From the NCBI GenBank assembly GCA_964057225.1, contig OZ059895.1:9424001-9488000 (forward strand): 64,000 nucleotides of DNA, written 5' to 3'. The position numbers were made by a program, and so were the translations under genes. The notes under the pieces were generated by a model. It was not told where the DNA came from and did not search any database. It worked only from the letters and a program-made list of their open reading frames with translations. This DNA is from Auanema rhodensis. Taxonomy: Eukaryota; Animalia; Nematoda. Shown here one piece after another: positions 49,265 to 63,400 of the stretch (positions within the stretch are counted from its first letter, which is position 1; the number at the start of each line of letters is the position of its first letter).

Positions 49265-50403
49265 CTTCCCCTCATCGTTCTGCCATCGCTCACTTCGCAG
49301 CTCAAGGCCTCTCTGCAGCTGAAATATCTCGAAGATTGGAAATTCCATATTCAACATGTCACAGGATCGTGAAACAATTTAAGGACACTGGTGATGTTAC
49401 TACAAAGCCGAAACCTGGAAGAACCCGTACTGTCAACGTTCCGGCCGACAGAAAAAAAATTTCGTAGCGAATTGAGAGAGATTCAACTGTGAGCATGCGG
49501 AAGATGGCTCATGAGCTCAATATTTCTACTGAACGTGTTCGTTTTATCGTAAAAAACAAACTTCATCTCAAAAGTTATCGGATAAGACGCGGACAAGCAC
49601 TCACAGAAACATCAAGAAAAAATAGATTTGAAAAATCTGTCAAAATCCGAGAATTGTTACGTTCCGGTCAACTGTCGAACATCCTATTCACAGATGAAAA
49701 AATTTTCACGATTGAAATGCTGCCCATTCGACAAAACTTTCGCCAGCTACTGACAAAAGATCAAGCTCACAGTAGCAGCAGGATTATAGCTACTCGTTCT
49801 CTTTTTTCTGAATCCGTAATGGTTTGGGGCGGCATAACCGCTAATCGCAAAACGCCGCTTGTTTTCATTGATAGAAATGTTAAGATCAATGCAGCAACAT
49901 ATCAGAAGGATATTTCGGAGAATGTACTGATACCGTGGATGCAACAAAACTACACAATTGGTCAAATGATTCTTCAACAGGATTGGGCACCAGCTCATAG
50001 CGCGAAGAGTACCATCATGTTCTGTCAAGAGCATTTTCCTGGATACTGGGGCAAGGACTTATGGCCTTCAAACTCGCCCGACCTAAATCCTTTTGATTTC
50101 TCAGTCTGGGGAGTGTTAGGAGCAAAACTGGAAGGTAAAACATTCACTAATTTGAATGACTTGAAAAGAGCTCTACTCCAAGCGTGGGACGAATTAGATG
50201 ACGACTATCTTCAAAACACTATAAACAGCTTCCGGAGGAGGATTTCAGCCGTTATCAGAGCCAAAGGAGGACATTTTGAAAAATCTTTGTAAATTAACTT
50301 TGTAAAATAATACCCTATGTATAAATAAAATTTGATTAAAAAAAACTGTTTTTGTTCCAAATATTAACATTCGAGAATCTCTCAATACTTCTCACCCACC
50401 CTG
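49265..50403 (+). mobile_element. 5'-truncated Tc1/mariner element, DD37D (maT) transposase pseudogene
   Basis: LFTDEK...QQDWAPAH...NSPDLNPFD, with 37 residues between the second and third D. Right end ...CACCCACCCTG followed by TA. Stop/frameshift at ~49466. Confidence 0.9.
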
Positions 50404-52048
50404 TATATAAGAAATAATTTATACAATTAAAAAAATATATAAATATTAAAATACATTTAAAAGAGATATTGTTAAAAATACATTTAAAAATACATTTAAA
50501 AAGAAATAATTTTAAAAAGACATTTAAAAAGAAATATATCTAAAAATACATTTAAAAAGAAATAATTTAAAAAATATTGAAAAAAAATAACTTTAAAAAT
50601 GATTTTAAAAAAAAATCATGCATTTTGATCCATGAGCAGGCTCGAGAGCCTGCCTCGGGAGGAAAAGTATATTTTTGACAGCTGACGCCGAAAATATGAT
50701 TTTGACAGCTGACGCCCCCAAAAGTATGTTTTTAGCAGCTGACGCCCTCAAAAGTATGTTTTTAGCAACTGTTTGGGGGCGTGGTTAGTAAATTCGGCAT
50801 GGCTCCCTTAAATTTAGTTTAAATATTTATTACTTCTTATCGAATTAAATTTGATATGAGTTCCATTGATTAACCCATAAGAGCTTTTTCCTCTTATGGG
50901 TTAATCAATGGAACTCATATCGAAGGTTAATTCGATAAGATCGTTAAAACAGGTGCCCTCATGTACCACATGGCAAAAGTTTTGTTCATTAAAATATGAT
51001 AAATAGCTGTACACGACATGAGTAGAGAGCCATGCCGAATTTACTAACCACGCCCCCAAACAGTTGCTAAAAACATACTTTTGAGGGCGTCAGCTGCTAA
51101 AAACATACTTTTGGGGGCGTCAGCTGTCAAAATCATATTTTCGGCGTCAGCTGTCAAAAATATACTTTTCCTCCCGAGGCAGGCTCTCGAGCCTGCTCAT
51201 GGATCAAAATGCATGATTTTTTTTTAAAATCATTTTTAAAGTTATTTTTTTTTAATATTTTTAAAATTATTTCTTTTTAAATGTATTTTTAAATATATTT
51301 CTTTTTAAATGTCTTTTTAAAATTATTTCTTTTTAAATGTATTTTTAAATGTATTTTTAATAATATTTCTTTTAAATGTATTTTAATATTTATATATTTT
51401 TTTAATTGTATAAATTATTTCTTATATACAGGGTGGGTGAGAAGTATTGAGAGATTCTCGAATGTTAATATTTGGAACAAAAACAGTTTTTTTTAACAGA
51501 AAGTTCTTTTTTGGGCACTGCATATAAATCTAATACAGCGGGAGTGCCCAATGTCAAACCCGGGGGGTCTGGGGGGGTATCCCCCCCAGATGTATAGAAG
51601 CATACTTAAATATCAAAATAAGATTCATTCTTAAAACTATTTCATTTTTCGAATTAATGACAATATTTTAAACTAACGACATTTTTTAAAATTTTTCTAC
51701 TGCGTGCAGATTTATTTTGAATGCAAAAGAAGTGAAAAGACGCCGTTTTTACATTAGCGCAACATCATTTGCATATAGCATACCCTAGCAAGCTAAATGG
51801 TGACGGTTATAGCGCAGTCGGTAGTGGTATGGGTTATTAATCCTAACTTATAAGATCGGATTCCGCTACCGTCGCAAATAGCCCTGGGAACACATAAAAA
51901 TGGGTGGTGGCAACTACTAAACCAGCCCCATAATTTTAAAAATATTAAAAAAAAATAACTTTGAAAATGATTTTTTAAAAAAATCATGCATTTTGATAAG
52001 TTATGTTTTTAGCAGCTGACGCCCCCAAAAGTATGTTTTTAGCAGCTG
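50404..52048. repeat. Cluster of subfamily A Maverick termini forming an inverted duplication
   Basis: 50340-50796 is mirrored at ~51027-51494. Terminus AGTAGAGAG at 51021. Confidence 0.8.
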
Positions 52049-54846
52049 AGTAGAGAGCCATGCCGAATTTACTAACCACGCCCCCAAACAGTTGCTAAAA
52101 ACATACTTTTGAGGGCGTCAGCTGCTAAAAACATACTTTTGGGGGCGTCAGCTGCTAAAAACATACTTTTGGGGGCGTCAGCTGTCAAAATCATATTTTT
52201 GGCGTCAGCTGTCAAAATCATATTTTTGGCGTCAGCTGTCAAAAATATACTTTTCCTCCCGAGGCAGGCTCTCGAGCCTGCTCATGAATCAAAATGCATG
52301 ATTTTAAATCTTTTTTAAAATCATTTTTTAATGTATTTTTAAATAAATTTTTATTATTTATATATTTGTAAATATTTTTAAAATTATTTCTTTTTAAATG
52401 AATTTTTATTATTAATATATGTTTTAAATATTATTATTTAATTATTTCTTTTTAAATGTATTTTATATATTTTTAAAATATTATTAAAATTATCTCCTTT
52501 TAAATGTATTTTTAATATTTATACATTTGAATAAACTTTTTAATATATATTGTTTTTCTTTTAATTTATAAAATTTGAATATATATAAAAGCTAATAAAT
52601 ATGTTAACCGTACCTCTTATGGGTTAATTAATGGAACTCATATCGAAGGTTAATTCGATAAGATATATTTTATATCTTTATTTTTTAATTTTATTTGTTT
52701 ACATTGTTTATAGATTGTGTTTATTATAGTTTATAATTATTAATTTAACTTTTAAAAAGTCTGTTGTTTATCTAGGCGAACCATTTTGTTCACCGTACCT
52801 CTTATGGGTAATGGAACACATATCGAAGGTTAATTCGATAAGAACGATATGAAATACAAAAGTTAATGGAACACATATCGAAGGTTAATTCGATAAGATT
52901 GTTAAAACAGGTGCGCTGACCCACACATGTACCACATGGCAAAAGTTTTGTTCATAAAAATATGATAAATAGCTGTACAGCACAAGTACCCATAACGCTA
53001 AATAATACTTACTATGCCAAGGGGTCATGGGTATATACTTTTTAGTATCAAAAATGTTAATGGAATACATATCGAATATCAATTCGATAAGATTGGGGAA
53101 ACAGATACGTTGACCTACAATGAACCAAATGGCAAAGCACTTGTTCATTAAAGTATAACAAATAGCTGTATAGCATATGCATCAAGATTTCTATTATTCT
53201 CCAATTACGTGGAAAGAAGGGCAACTGCCACTGTTGACAGCTGTAATATGATACAATGTTGAGTGTTGGCAACATTGTTACGTGACAATAAAACAACTGA
53301 CTGTTCTTGCAATGAAGTGTAATATAAATGTGTAAAATGAAATATGGATAACTACCTCTCAGAGTTTGCATAATTTTATTCTAACAAGATACAATGGCTG
53401 CTAACAGGTTGTGTTTTTTCCTATCTTTTTTTTTAATTAAAATATTTATTTTCAGTTATAAGCGTGTATGTGAAGAGTTGGGGTTCGATTATGAGGAAAT
53501 TTATCAACTCAGGTAATTTAACAATATTTTTAAAATATACATCTTTGTTTTTTTTTAGTAAGCGCATAAAACTTACCGAGAGTGGTGGTGTTGAGCTGTG
53601 TGACCCCGCAATAACCACTTCCAATAGTGGTCCCTCGTCATCAAGGGTTATTGAAGTTATCACCTTGGATGACAGCGATAATGAGTAAGCTATCATATAA
53701 TGAAAAAGCATGAAATTTTTTTTTTTTTCAGAGAATGGAATCCCGAGATGCCATCAACTAGTGGAGAACAATTAGGAGGCGGTTCATCCTTCAACGATGT
53801 TTGTCAAATAAAGGTACGAGCTTTTAACTTTTTTTTTTTTTTTTCATGTTACAATTCTTTTCACTCTATATCTTTTATTTGATTACATATCTTGAGCAAT
53901 TTTGAATTCTGCCATCTATTATTAAACAAATCATCATACATTTGGTGGCTTTTTGAAAAATAAAATAAAATCTTATCCCAAATCCATGCCATAATATCAT
54001 TTATTAAATTTTTATTCATTAAAATACACTTAAATTTAAATATTTTGATGCTCAAAAACTGACACATTTAAATATTATGTATTTTTTAAATTATTTCATT
54101 CCATCTCTTTTATTTAATTTCATATTTTAAACAATTTTAAATTTTTACCACTACTTTATAATTTTTATTTATTAAACTTTTTAATCATTAAATTACACTT
54201 AAATTTAAATATTTTGATGCGCAAAAACAGAAACATTTAAATATTTTGTTTTTTCTAAACCATTTCACTCCATCTATTTTAAACAATTTTATATTTCTAC
54301 CACTATTTCATAATTTCATTTTTTAAATTTTTAATCATCAAAAAACATTTAAATTTCAATATTGTGATGCTCAAAAACTGAAACATGAAACAGATTTATA
54401 TTTTCTAAGCCATTTCACTTCATCTTTTTTATTTAATCACATATCTTGAACAAATTTAAATTTCTATCACTTTTTTCATAATTTCGTTTATTAAATTTTT
54501 AATCACTAAAAAAACATTTAAATTTCAATATTGTGATGCTCAAAAACTGAAACATTTAAATATTTTGTATTTTCTAAACCATTTCACTTCATCTCTTTTA
54601 TTTATATATATTTTAAACAATTTTATAATTCTACTATTATTTAATTTTTATTTATTAAATTTTTAAACATTAAAAAAAAAATTGATGCTCAAAAACTGAA
54701 ACATTTAAATATTTTGTATTTTTCTAATCGTTTTGAAACAAACTAAACATATATTTGAAAACATTTCAATTAAATAAAAAATAACGACTATAACAAACAA
54801 AGAGACATAATAATTTTAAGCAAAAGATGAAACAATTCATATATAC
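52049..54846 (+). mobile_element. Subfamily A pPolB-side end (TIR, pPolB exons 1-4 from ATG 53394, intron-4 repeats)
   Basis: Inverted near-copy of 11460-14742. Confidence 0.88.
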
Positions 54847-55640
54847 TAGTTGTAATCGGACCACAATTTTCTTCTGGCTGATTATGAACTTATTAATAGA
54901 CAACTTATCAACATTGATTTCTGTTCTGAACTTTCAATTATGAGAGGGCCAGGGGAATTAGATTTGAGAGTAGAACGTGCAATAGTAATTTGATTGCTAT
55001 CGATCAGAGAAGACAGGGTGTTGTCTTGAGATTTCTCGATAATAAGTTTCAATAGCAACAGAGGTTCAGTTGGGAATTCTGTTGACGTTAATGGCACTCG
55101 GAAGCAAAGGGCTCTTTTGGCACGGTAGAGGTACTTTGTCTCCTCTGATCGTAATTTTTGGCAATGACATGCTACATTGAGTTGGGAAGAGGTTGGGACA
55201 CAGGTAGAATTAGAATTACTAGTGTTTTGAAATGAATTAAAAGTTTGCTCTAATTTATCTAAGCGGGATTTGAAATCCGTTTCGATAGTTTTCAAGCGAG
55301 CCTTATGCGATGTGATAGTAATTTTCATACAGTTAAGCTCATTTTTTATAGCATTTGACAATTTTGAAAAAGAGTTCTCAAGGGACTTTGAGAAATTTTG
55401 AAGAGCATTTGTAAGAAAATCATTAGTCACAAAAGACATATTGAAAAATGAAGAGCAATAAGAAAGAATAAGAATAAACACTGGAGTGAGAAATAGAGAG
55501 AGAAAAAAAATAGAGAAGAAATAATGATAAAAAAAGAGATACGAGAAAGAGCGTACCTTGACAAAACCAGTCCGACGAAAATTCCTCGACAGAAGTGGAT
55601 CCGGATCTGAACCGTGGGAGGTCAACTGACGAGTGGGAGG
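54847..55640 (-). mobile_element. Duplicate LINE 5'/ORF1 fragment
   Basis: Near-identical to 1277-2071, with the same junction into the Maverick gene. Confidence 0.65.
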
Positions 55641-58600
55641 TTTATGATTGAGTTTCATCTTTTAAAACCAAAATAAGCATTTCCACATAAAGCTATTGTT
55701 TTCGATTGTTTGTGTGAAATCGTTGCCAATAAAGTTTCAGCCTTTTCGGGTGTGCGTATCAAAGCTATTTGACGTAATAATGAGGATATGGGCAAAAGGG
55801 TTTTATATTCCTTGTTAGTTAAGAGAAAATTATTATTTTTCACAATATTAAATACAATTTCAACAATAATTTCAATTTATAAAAAAGAAAATGAGGAAAC
55901 AGAACAAGGGGTTTTGGCACAAGAAGATAAAAAGTTGTAATTTGACAAAATACGACCACTCATTGAACATGCACATTAAACACTGAATATATTTCTGGCT
56001 ACAGCGAGTCTTGCAAAAAACTTTCAACTTGTGCTTTTGCGATGCCATGCTTTCGCGCTTCCAATAATAGATTTTTGGCAAACGTATAAGAAGCTGGATG
56101 CTTAATATTATAATAAATGTTCTCCAAAACATTACTTCCATGATCTAATGTAGAATCGTTCACGGCCTTTGCCATTCTGTGTTTCTTCCGCCTGAGGTGT
56201 GTAATATGATTTACCAGTGTCAGCGGGTTTTGCCTTTTTATTTATAGCTTTGGATTTGAATGTACGACGCGGAGAGGGTGAATATCGAATAACAGCCTTA
56301 CGATGACGTGGTGTTCTAGGTAATATATTAATAGTAGCATCCAAAATCTAATCAATGCCGGAAGAAACGCCTTATCCAGTGTTGTAAGCAATAGTCGGCG
56401 CGGCGAAGAAAAAACGGCGACGACGCAAAACCACAAAACCTCATAAGCGGTTGTGCATCACTCGTAAGCGGTCGTTTCACATTTAAATGGCTAAGTTGAT
56501 AGATTCAAATTCAGCACAAGCCCTTACCTTACCTAATATCAACTATGGTGATATACCAACGTCGGCATTAGGTGTTGAATCCACTCGTACTGTAAAAGTC
56601 CCTTTGAAAAATACTTTTCTTCCTCAAGAACCATGGGAATTTGTTATAGCTCAAAATTCCAAATCTGTCCTCAATCTGAGAAGATGTTGGTTGAATGTAA
56701 AATTCAAAATTGTATCCACAAACGGTGATCCAGTACCAGACAACCTTGTTGTTGCACCATGTCAACAATTTGCTGCCAGTTTAATACATTCGTATTATTT
56801 GAAAATTGGTGATGTTAGCGTGTATGACTCTACCGTGAATAATGCCTACAAAACATATATTGAGAATATTCTAATGTATAGCAACGATGTTAAAGAGAGC
56901 AAACTTGCCATATCAGGCTATTATGCGGATAGATATATAGATAATGCAGCCAGTCCTGGATTTAGAGCGCGACAAGGGCTTGTAAAAAATGGCATATTGT
57001 GTGAGATGGCTGCTCCCGCCAGTATCGACCTATTTAATCAAGAGCGACTGTTTGTAAACGTAAGAGCTAACTGCATATCCAAACCGTGATAACTTTTTAA
57101 TTGACACTCTAGGCTGGAATAATGAAAACAAGGATACTACATTAAAAGAGGAGTTTCCAAATTTAAAAGTAGATATCAGCGATGTACATTTGCTCATTCA
57201 AGAGTTTGATCTAAACGCTGGATTAGCTATGGCTATAGAAGATAAACTCGCAAAGGATCGAATACACTACCCCATGACATCAGTGAAACTGCAATCTCAT
57301 TTCATAGAAGGAGGCCGCTTGGATTCACCTAATAATATATTATTCACGTCTCACATACCAAAACGTGTTGTAGTAGGTCTTGTTGGCGCACACCCTTATA
57401 ATGGTACTTTTAAACATTCGCCATTCGACTTTAAACCGTTTGATTTGAAAAATATATAGTTGACGCTCAACAATAGGGTAATACCTACCCGTCCTTATAC
57501 TTTAGAATGGCGATCTTCCTATGCCACAGCATATATTGACATGCTGGAAGGTTTGGGACTTGGTCGTACAGATTTATCCAATGGTATTACACCAGCAATG
57601 TATAAAGCTGGTTTCACATTTTTTGTATTTGATATTTCTCCTACTGTACACTCGTCCGAGTTGTTTGATGTTATACGACAAGGTAATGTAGCCTTGAAAT
57701 TGGAATTTGGTCAACAAACGCCGCAAGAGGGCTTGTATGCAATTGTTTATGCAGAGTATGACTCTATTCTTTCCATTGACAACAATCGTGCTCCATATAT
57801 TGATACCAGTTTGTAATGTATGTAATAAAATTTTTTAAAAGTTAGAAGAATAAAATTTATTAATACAACTATTTTTAAAAATAAATACAAGTACAATAAT
57901 AAAGTTTATAAATACAAATATATTAAAACTTATTTACAATAACCGTAGGGTAAATTACTATAATTTTGTAGATAACAAAGTTTATCCATTACAACTTTAG
58001 TACTTTTTGTCATATCCATTGTGGATATGGCATCGAGTTGCCTCTTTAACAATGTCGTATTGGTTTTAAAACCAATTTCTCTCCATCCATAACGAGTCCG
58101 CGAACCAGTCGCTCCATACTTTCAAAGTTTACTACTGATGCTGCCGTGTGGTCCAACGTCTGAAAATTATAAAATTATTTGAAAAGTCAAATCTCGTTCT
58201 TACCACTCCCTTTGCCTTTGTTACATACTTTACATCACCAGCTGCATTTACAAGTTTATACCTATAAACTTTTGCCGCTGGTGACACAAACTTGGTCATT
58301 GACTTTTTTTTTGACCTTTTGAACCCGGTGAGTTCCCTTGCAGGATCAGTAATGATCCTACCAATTTATGGGTCCTCAACACCAATAATCTTGGTTTGGG
58401 CTTTATCTGGTCTTTGACCCATTTTACACCAGGCACAATACGCAAATTTGTAATATATTGTTTTAAAAAAGTTACAAACCTATTTAGCTGCAGTTTGGCA
58501 ATGTTACGCATGGCAGCATTCTTTTCAATTTTATTGCTCTCCAGAGCAACACCAGTGTTCTCCTCGTGTTCTTGGAGATATGTCATAAGCATCAAGTAGA

Positions 58601-60440
58601 TAGCGTTGGCCATCTACTCTCACAACAAATTCACCATCATTAAGCTTATGCATTAATGGGCGGCCTAATCCTTGTTCTAGCCATTTTATGTATTTTATGG
58701 CAATTATACTCTGCTTCTGGCCGGCATAATAACCAGTCTCAGGCAGAATACTCACTTGATTTTTTTAAAAGTGGTTCATTTTCAACTAAAACACATTTGT
58801 TTTAAACAATGCTCGCATTTTTGAAAACTTGTATGACAGGATTCCAGCCAGTGGTGGCGGTAGCCAACTTCATGTATACTTTCATACAGTTGGTTAAAAT
58901 ACGAACATCTGTCCAACAATATTCCAGAAGCTTCTCATCAAAATAAAATGCGCTTTGATTACGCTCCTCATACCAAACATTGAATGAAGCAAGGTCTTCG
59001 GCTTTCATTCTAGCAGTACAATAGTAATGCTTTGGTGGCAGGAATGGTAGCACTTTGCCATAATTTATTGGATGGTTAAAGAGGTAAGGAAACTGTCCTT
59101 TAATCATATCAGGTACACCAAATGCTTTGAATAACGCTGATAAGGGTAAAGGCACTAATAAATAACTATCTTCAAAATATAAATGATTAATATTTTGACC
59201 TCTTAAAGGCTTAACAAGCATGCTAATAATCTAGGTCCCATTTACAATGGGGTCAGGATATATTGCACGATGTATAAGCCTAGACACCAAAAAATGTATG
59301 TCAAAGCGGGGGCCATTATGCGCAATCAAAATTGCATTATCATTCTCAGAAAAGTTGAGCAACCAATCAAGGAAACGATCTGTTACAGACCATTCATTAT
59401 CACCTTGCACACCTCACGCTACTCTCAACCACATTCTTCATCGCATTACAATTATAGGTGTGGCATTTTTTACATTTGGCTTTACATTAGCAACACTGTA
59501 TTGTAAGATAACATACAGTGTTGACATATAATACCGTCAAAAATTTTTGAACGACTACCATCTGTAATACAATCATAGTGGTTATTACGGTAACCTAGTG
59601 TTACCAATTTGCTAGCCGCTTCATTAAATATTTTCTGGATAGTGTACATACGTTGTCCAGGCGGACTAGCATATACTACAAACTTATAGTTTGTACTACA
59701 GCTGGCAATAATGTTTAAATGAATCAAATTATAATTTGGCAATTTTTCGGAAATGCCACACCTAGTTAATAAATTGATATGGTGTGGCTGGTTTGGCAAT
59801 AAGATGTAATTGCGACGAAGGTTTTGCAGCCTTCGTTTCTCATCGCCACCTTCAGTGGCCAGTTCGTCAGCTTTCCACATTCCCACAACTGCGGATCTAG
59901 CCAGACAATGTGAGTCAGTGTTGGCAATGGTTCCAGGTATTTTGAGTTCGGGGTCAGAATAAAACCCGACTCTACCTTCACCAGGCAGCAGATTTGGTTG
60001 CGCTGGCCTTTTATCAAACACATACATCTCAATATTCATTGCCTGGCTGATTACAGCCTCTCGTTTTGATTGCTGCACCTTGCTGATGGCATTCATGATG
60101 GCAACGCCATCCAAATGCTCCGTTTTACGGAAACCCATAAATATGGAGCCCTTTTCAAAGGAAAAGTGCTCAATTGATAAACAAAATAAGGCTTTTTGCT
60201 TATCAGGCACACCGCTTTCAGCAAGACAACGATCAAGTTGTTGAATAACCGCGGCATGATAACATGCATTGGTTCATCAATAGATTCCAACTGTGGGAAC
60301 GTGAGCGAACGAACGACCACGTTGGTAAAACGACCAGTGCGTATTATGCGCCGGTGTGACCACTATAATAAACAACATTTATAACAGTTTACATGCTTTT
60401 TTTATTTTTTTTAAAGTTTAAATGAAAATAGTTTTAGTTT
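55641..60440. mobile_element. Heavily deleted Maverick copy (PW, INT/PZ scraps, MCP and pPolB pseudogenes)
   Basis: MCP 56487-57816 with frameshift and stop. pPolB pieces 57930-60364 on the minus strand with several deletions. Confidence 0.88.
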
Positions 60441-63400
60441 TTTTTTAATGTTCAAAAATTTAATAAATAAAAATTAAATAATGGTGGAAATATAAAATTG
60501 TTTAAAATATGGGATTAAATAAAAGAGCTGGAGTGAAATGTTTCTGTTTTTGAGCATCACAATATTGAAATTTAAATGTTTTTTTTTTAATGTTTAAAAA
60601 TTAAATAAATAAAAATATTAAATAATAGTAGAATTATAAAATTGTTTAAAATATGGAATTAATAAAAATAGATGAAGTGAACTTGCTTGGAAAATATAAA
60701 TCGGTTTCATGTTTCAGTTTTTGAGCATCACAATATTGAAATTTAAATGTTTTTTAATGATTAAAAATTTAAAAAATGAAATTATGAAATAGTGGTAGAA
60801 TTATAAAATTGTTTAAAATATGGAATTAAATAAAACAGATGAAGTGAACTTGCTTGGAAAATATAAATCAGTTTCATGTTTCAATTTTTGAGCATCACAA
60901 TATTGAAATTTAAATGTTTTTTTTTTAATGTTCAAAAATTAAATAAATAAAAATATTAAATAATAGTAGAAATATAAAATTGTTTAAAATATGGAATTAA
61001 ATAAAACAGATGAAGTGAACTTGCTTGGAAAATATAAATCAGTTTCATGTTTCAATTTTTGAGCACCACAATATTGAAATTTAAATGTTTTTTAATGATT
61101 AAAAATTTAAAAAATGAAATTATGAAATAGTGGTAGAAATATAAAACTGTTTAAAATATGGAATTAAATAAAATAAATGGAGTGAAATTGCTTGGAAAAT
61201 ATAAATCAGTTTCATGTTTCAGTTTTTGAGCATCACAAAATTAAAATTTGAATGTTTTTTAATGATTAAAAATTTAAAAAATGAAATTATGAAATAGTGG
61301 TAGAAATATAAAATTGTTTAAAATATGGAATTAAATAAAATAGATGGAGTGAAATTGCTTGGAAAATATAAATCAGTTTCATCTTTCAGTTTTTAAGCAT
61401 CACAATATTGAAATTTGAATGTTTTTTCAATGATTAAAAATTTAAAAAATGAAATTATGAAATAGTGGTAGAAATATAAAATTGTTTAAAATATGGAATT
61501 AAATAAAATAGATGGAGTGAAATGGCTTGGAAAATATAAATCAGTTTCATGTTTCAATTTTTGAGCATCACAATATTGAAATTTAAATGTTTTTTAATGA
61601 TTAAAAATTTAAAAAATGAAATTATGAAATAGTGGTAGAAATAAAAAATTGTTTAAAATATGGAATTAAATTAAATAGATGAAGTGAACTTGCTTGGAAA
61701 ATATAAATCAGTTTCATGTTTCAATTTTTGAGCATCACAATATTGAAATTTAAATGTTTTTTAATGATTAAAAATTTAAAAAATGAAATTATGAAATAGT
61801 GGTAGAAATATAAAATTTTTTAAAATATGGAATTAAATAAAATAGATGAAGTGAACTTGCTTGAAAAATATAAATCAGTTTCATGTTTCAATTTTTGAGC
61901 ATCACAATATTGAAATTTAAATGTTTTTTAATGATTAAAAATTTAAAAAATGAAATTATGAAATAGTGGTAGAAATATAAAATTGTTTAAAATATGGAAT
62001 TAAATAAAATAGATGGAGTGAAATTGCTCGGAAAATATAAATCAGTTTCATGTTTCAGTTTTTGAGCATCACAATATTGAAATTTGAATGTTTTTTAATG
62101 ATTAAAATTTAAAAAATGAAATTATGAAATAATGGTAGAAATATAAAATTGTTTAAAATATGGAATTAAATAAAATAGATGGAGTGAAATTGCTTGGAAA
62201 ATATAAATCAGTTTCATGTTTCAGTTTTTGAGCATCACAATATTGAAATTTGAATGTTTTTTAATGATTAAAAATTTAAAAAATGAAATTATGAAATAGT
62301 GGTAGAAATATAAAATTGTTTAAAATATGGAATTAAATAAAATAGATGGAGTGAAATTGCTTGGAAAATATAAATCAGTTTCATGTTTCAATTTTTGAGC
62401 ATCACAATATTGAAATTTAAATGTTTTTTAATGATTAAAAATTTAAAAAATGAAATTATGAAATAGTGGTAGAAATATAAAATTGTTTAAAATATGGAAT
62501 TAAATAAAATAAATGGAGTGAAATTGCTTGGAAAATATAAATCAGTTTCATGTTTCAATTTTTGAGCATCACAATATTGAAATTTAAATGTTTTTTAATG
62601 ATTAAAAATTTAAAAAATGAAATTATGAAATAGTGGTAGAAATATAAAATTGTTTAAAATATGGAATTAACTAAAATAGATGGAGTGAAATTGCTTGGAA
62701 AATATAAATCAGTTCCATGTTTCAATTTTTGAGCATCACAATATTGAAATTTAAATGTTTTTTAATGATAAAAAATTTTAAAAATGAAATTATGAAATAG
62801 TGGTAGAAATATAAAATTGTTTAAAATATGGAATTAAATAAAATAGATGGAGTGAAATTGCTTGGAAAATATAAATCAGTTTCATGTTTCAATTTTTGAG
62901 CATCACAATATTGAAATTTAAATGTTTTTTAATGATTAAAAATTTAAAAAATGAAATTATGAAATAGTGGTAGAAATATAAAATTGTTTAAAATATGGAA
63001 TTAAATAAAATAGATGAAGTGAACTTGCTTGGAAAATATAAATCAGTTTCATGTTTCAATTTTTGAGCATCACAATATTGAAATTTAAATGTTTTTTAAT
63101 GATTAAAAATTTAAAAAATGAAATTATGAAATAGTGGTAGAAATATAAAATTGTTTAAAATATGGAATTAAATAAAATAGATGGAGTGAAATTGCTTGGA
63201 AAATATGAATCAGTTTCATGTTTCAATTTTTGAGCATCACAATATTGAAATTTAAATATTTTTTAATGATTAAAAATTTAAAAAATGAAATTATGAAATA
63301 GTGGTAGAAATATAAAATTGTTTAAAATATGGAATTAAATAAAATAGATGAAGTGAACTTGCTTGGAAAATATAAATCAGTTTCATGTTTCAATTTTTGA

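Noticed and set aside
51429-51494. Left TIR of the maT transposon
   Set aside because: It lies downstream of the transposase with a mirrored flank, so it is part of an inverted duplication of the right end.
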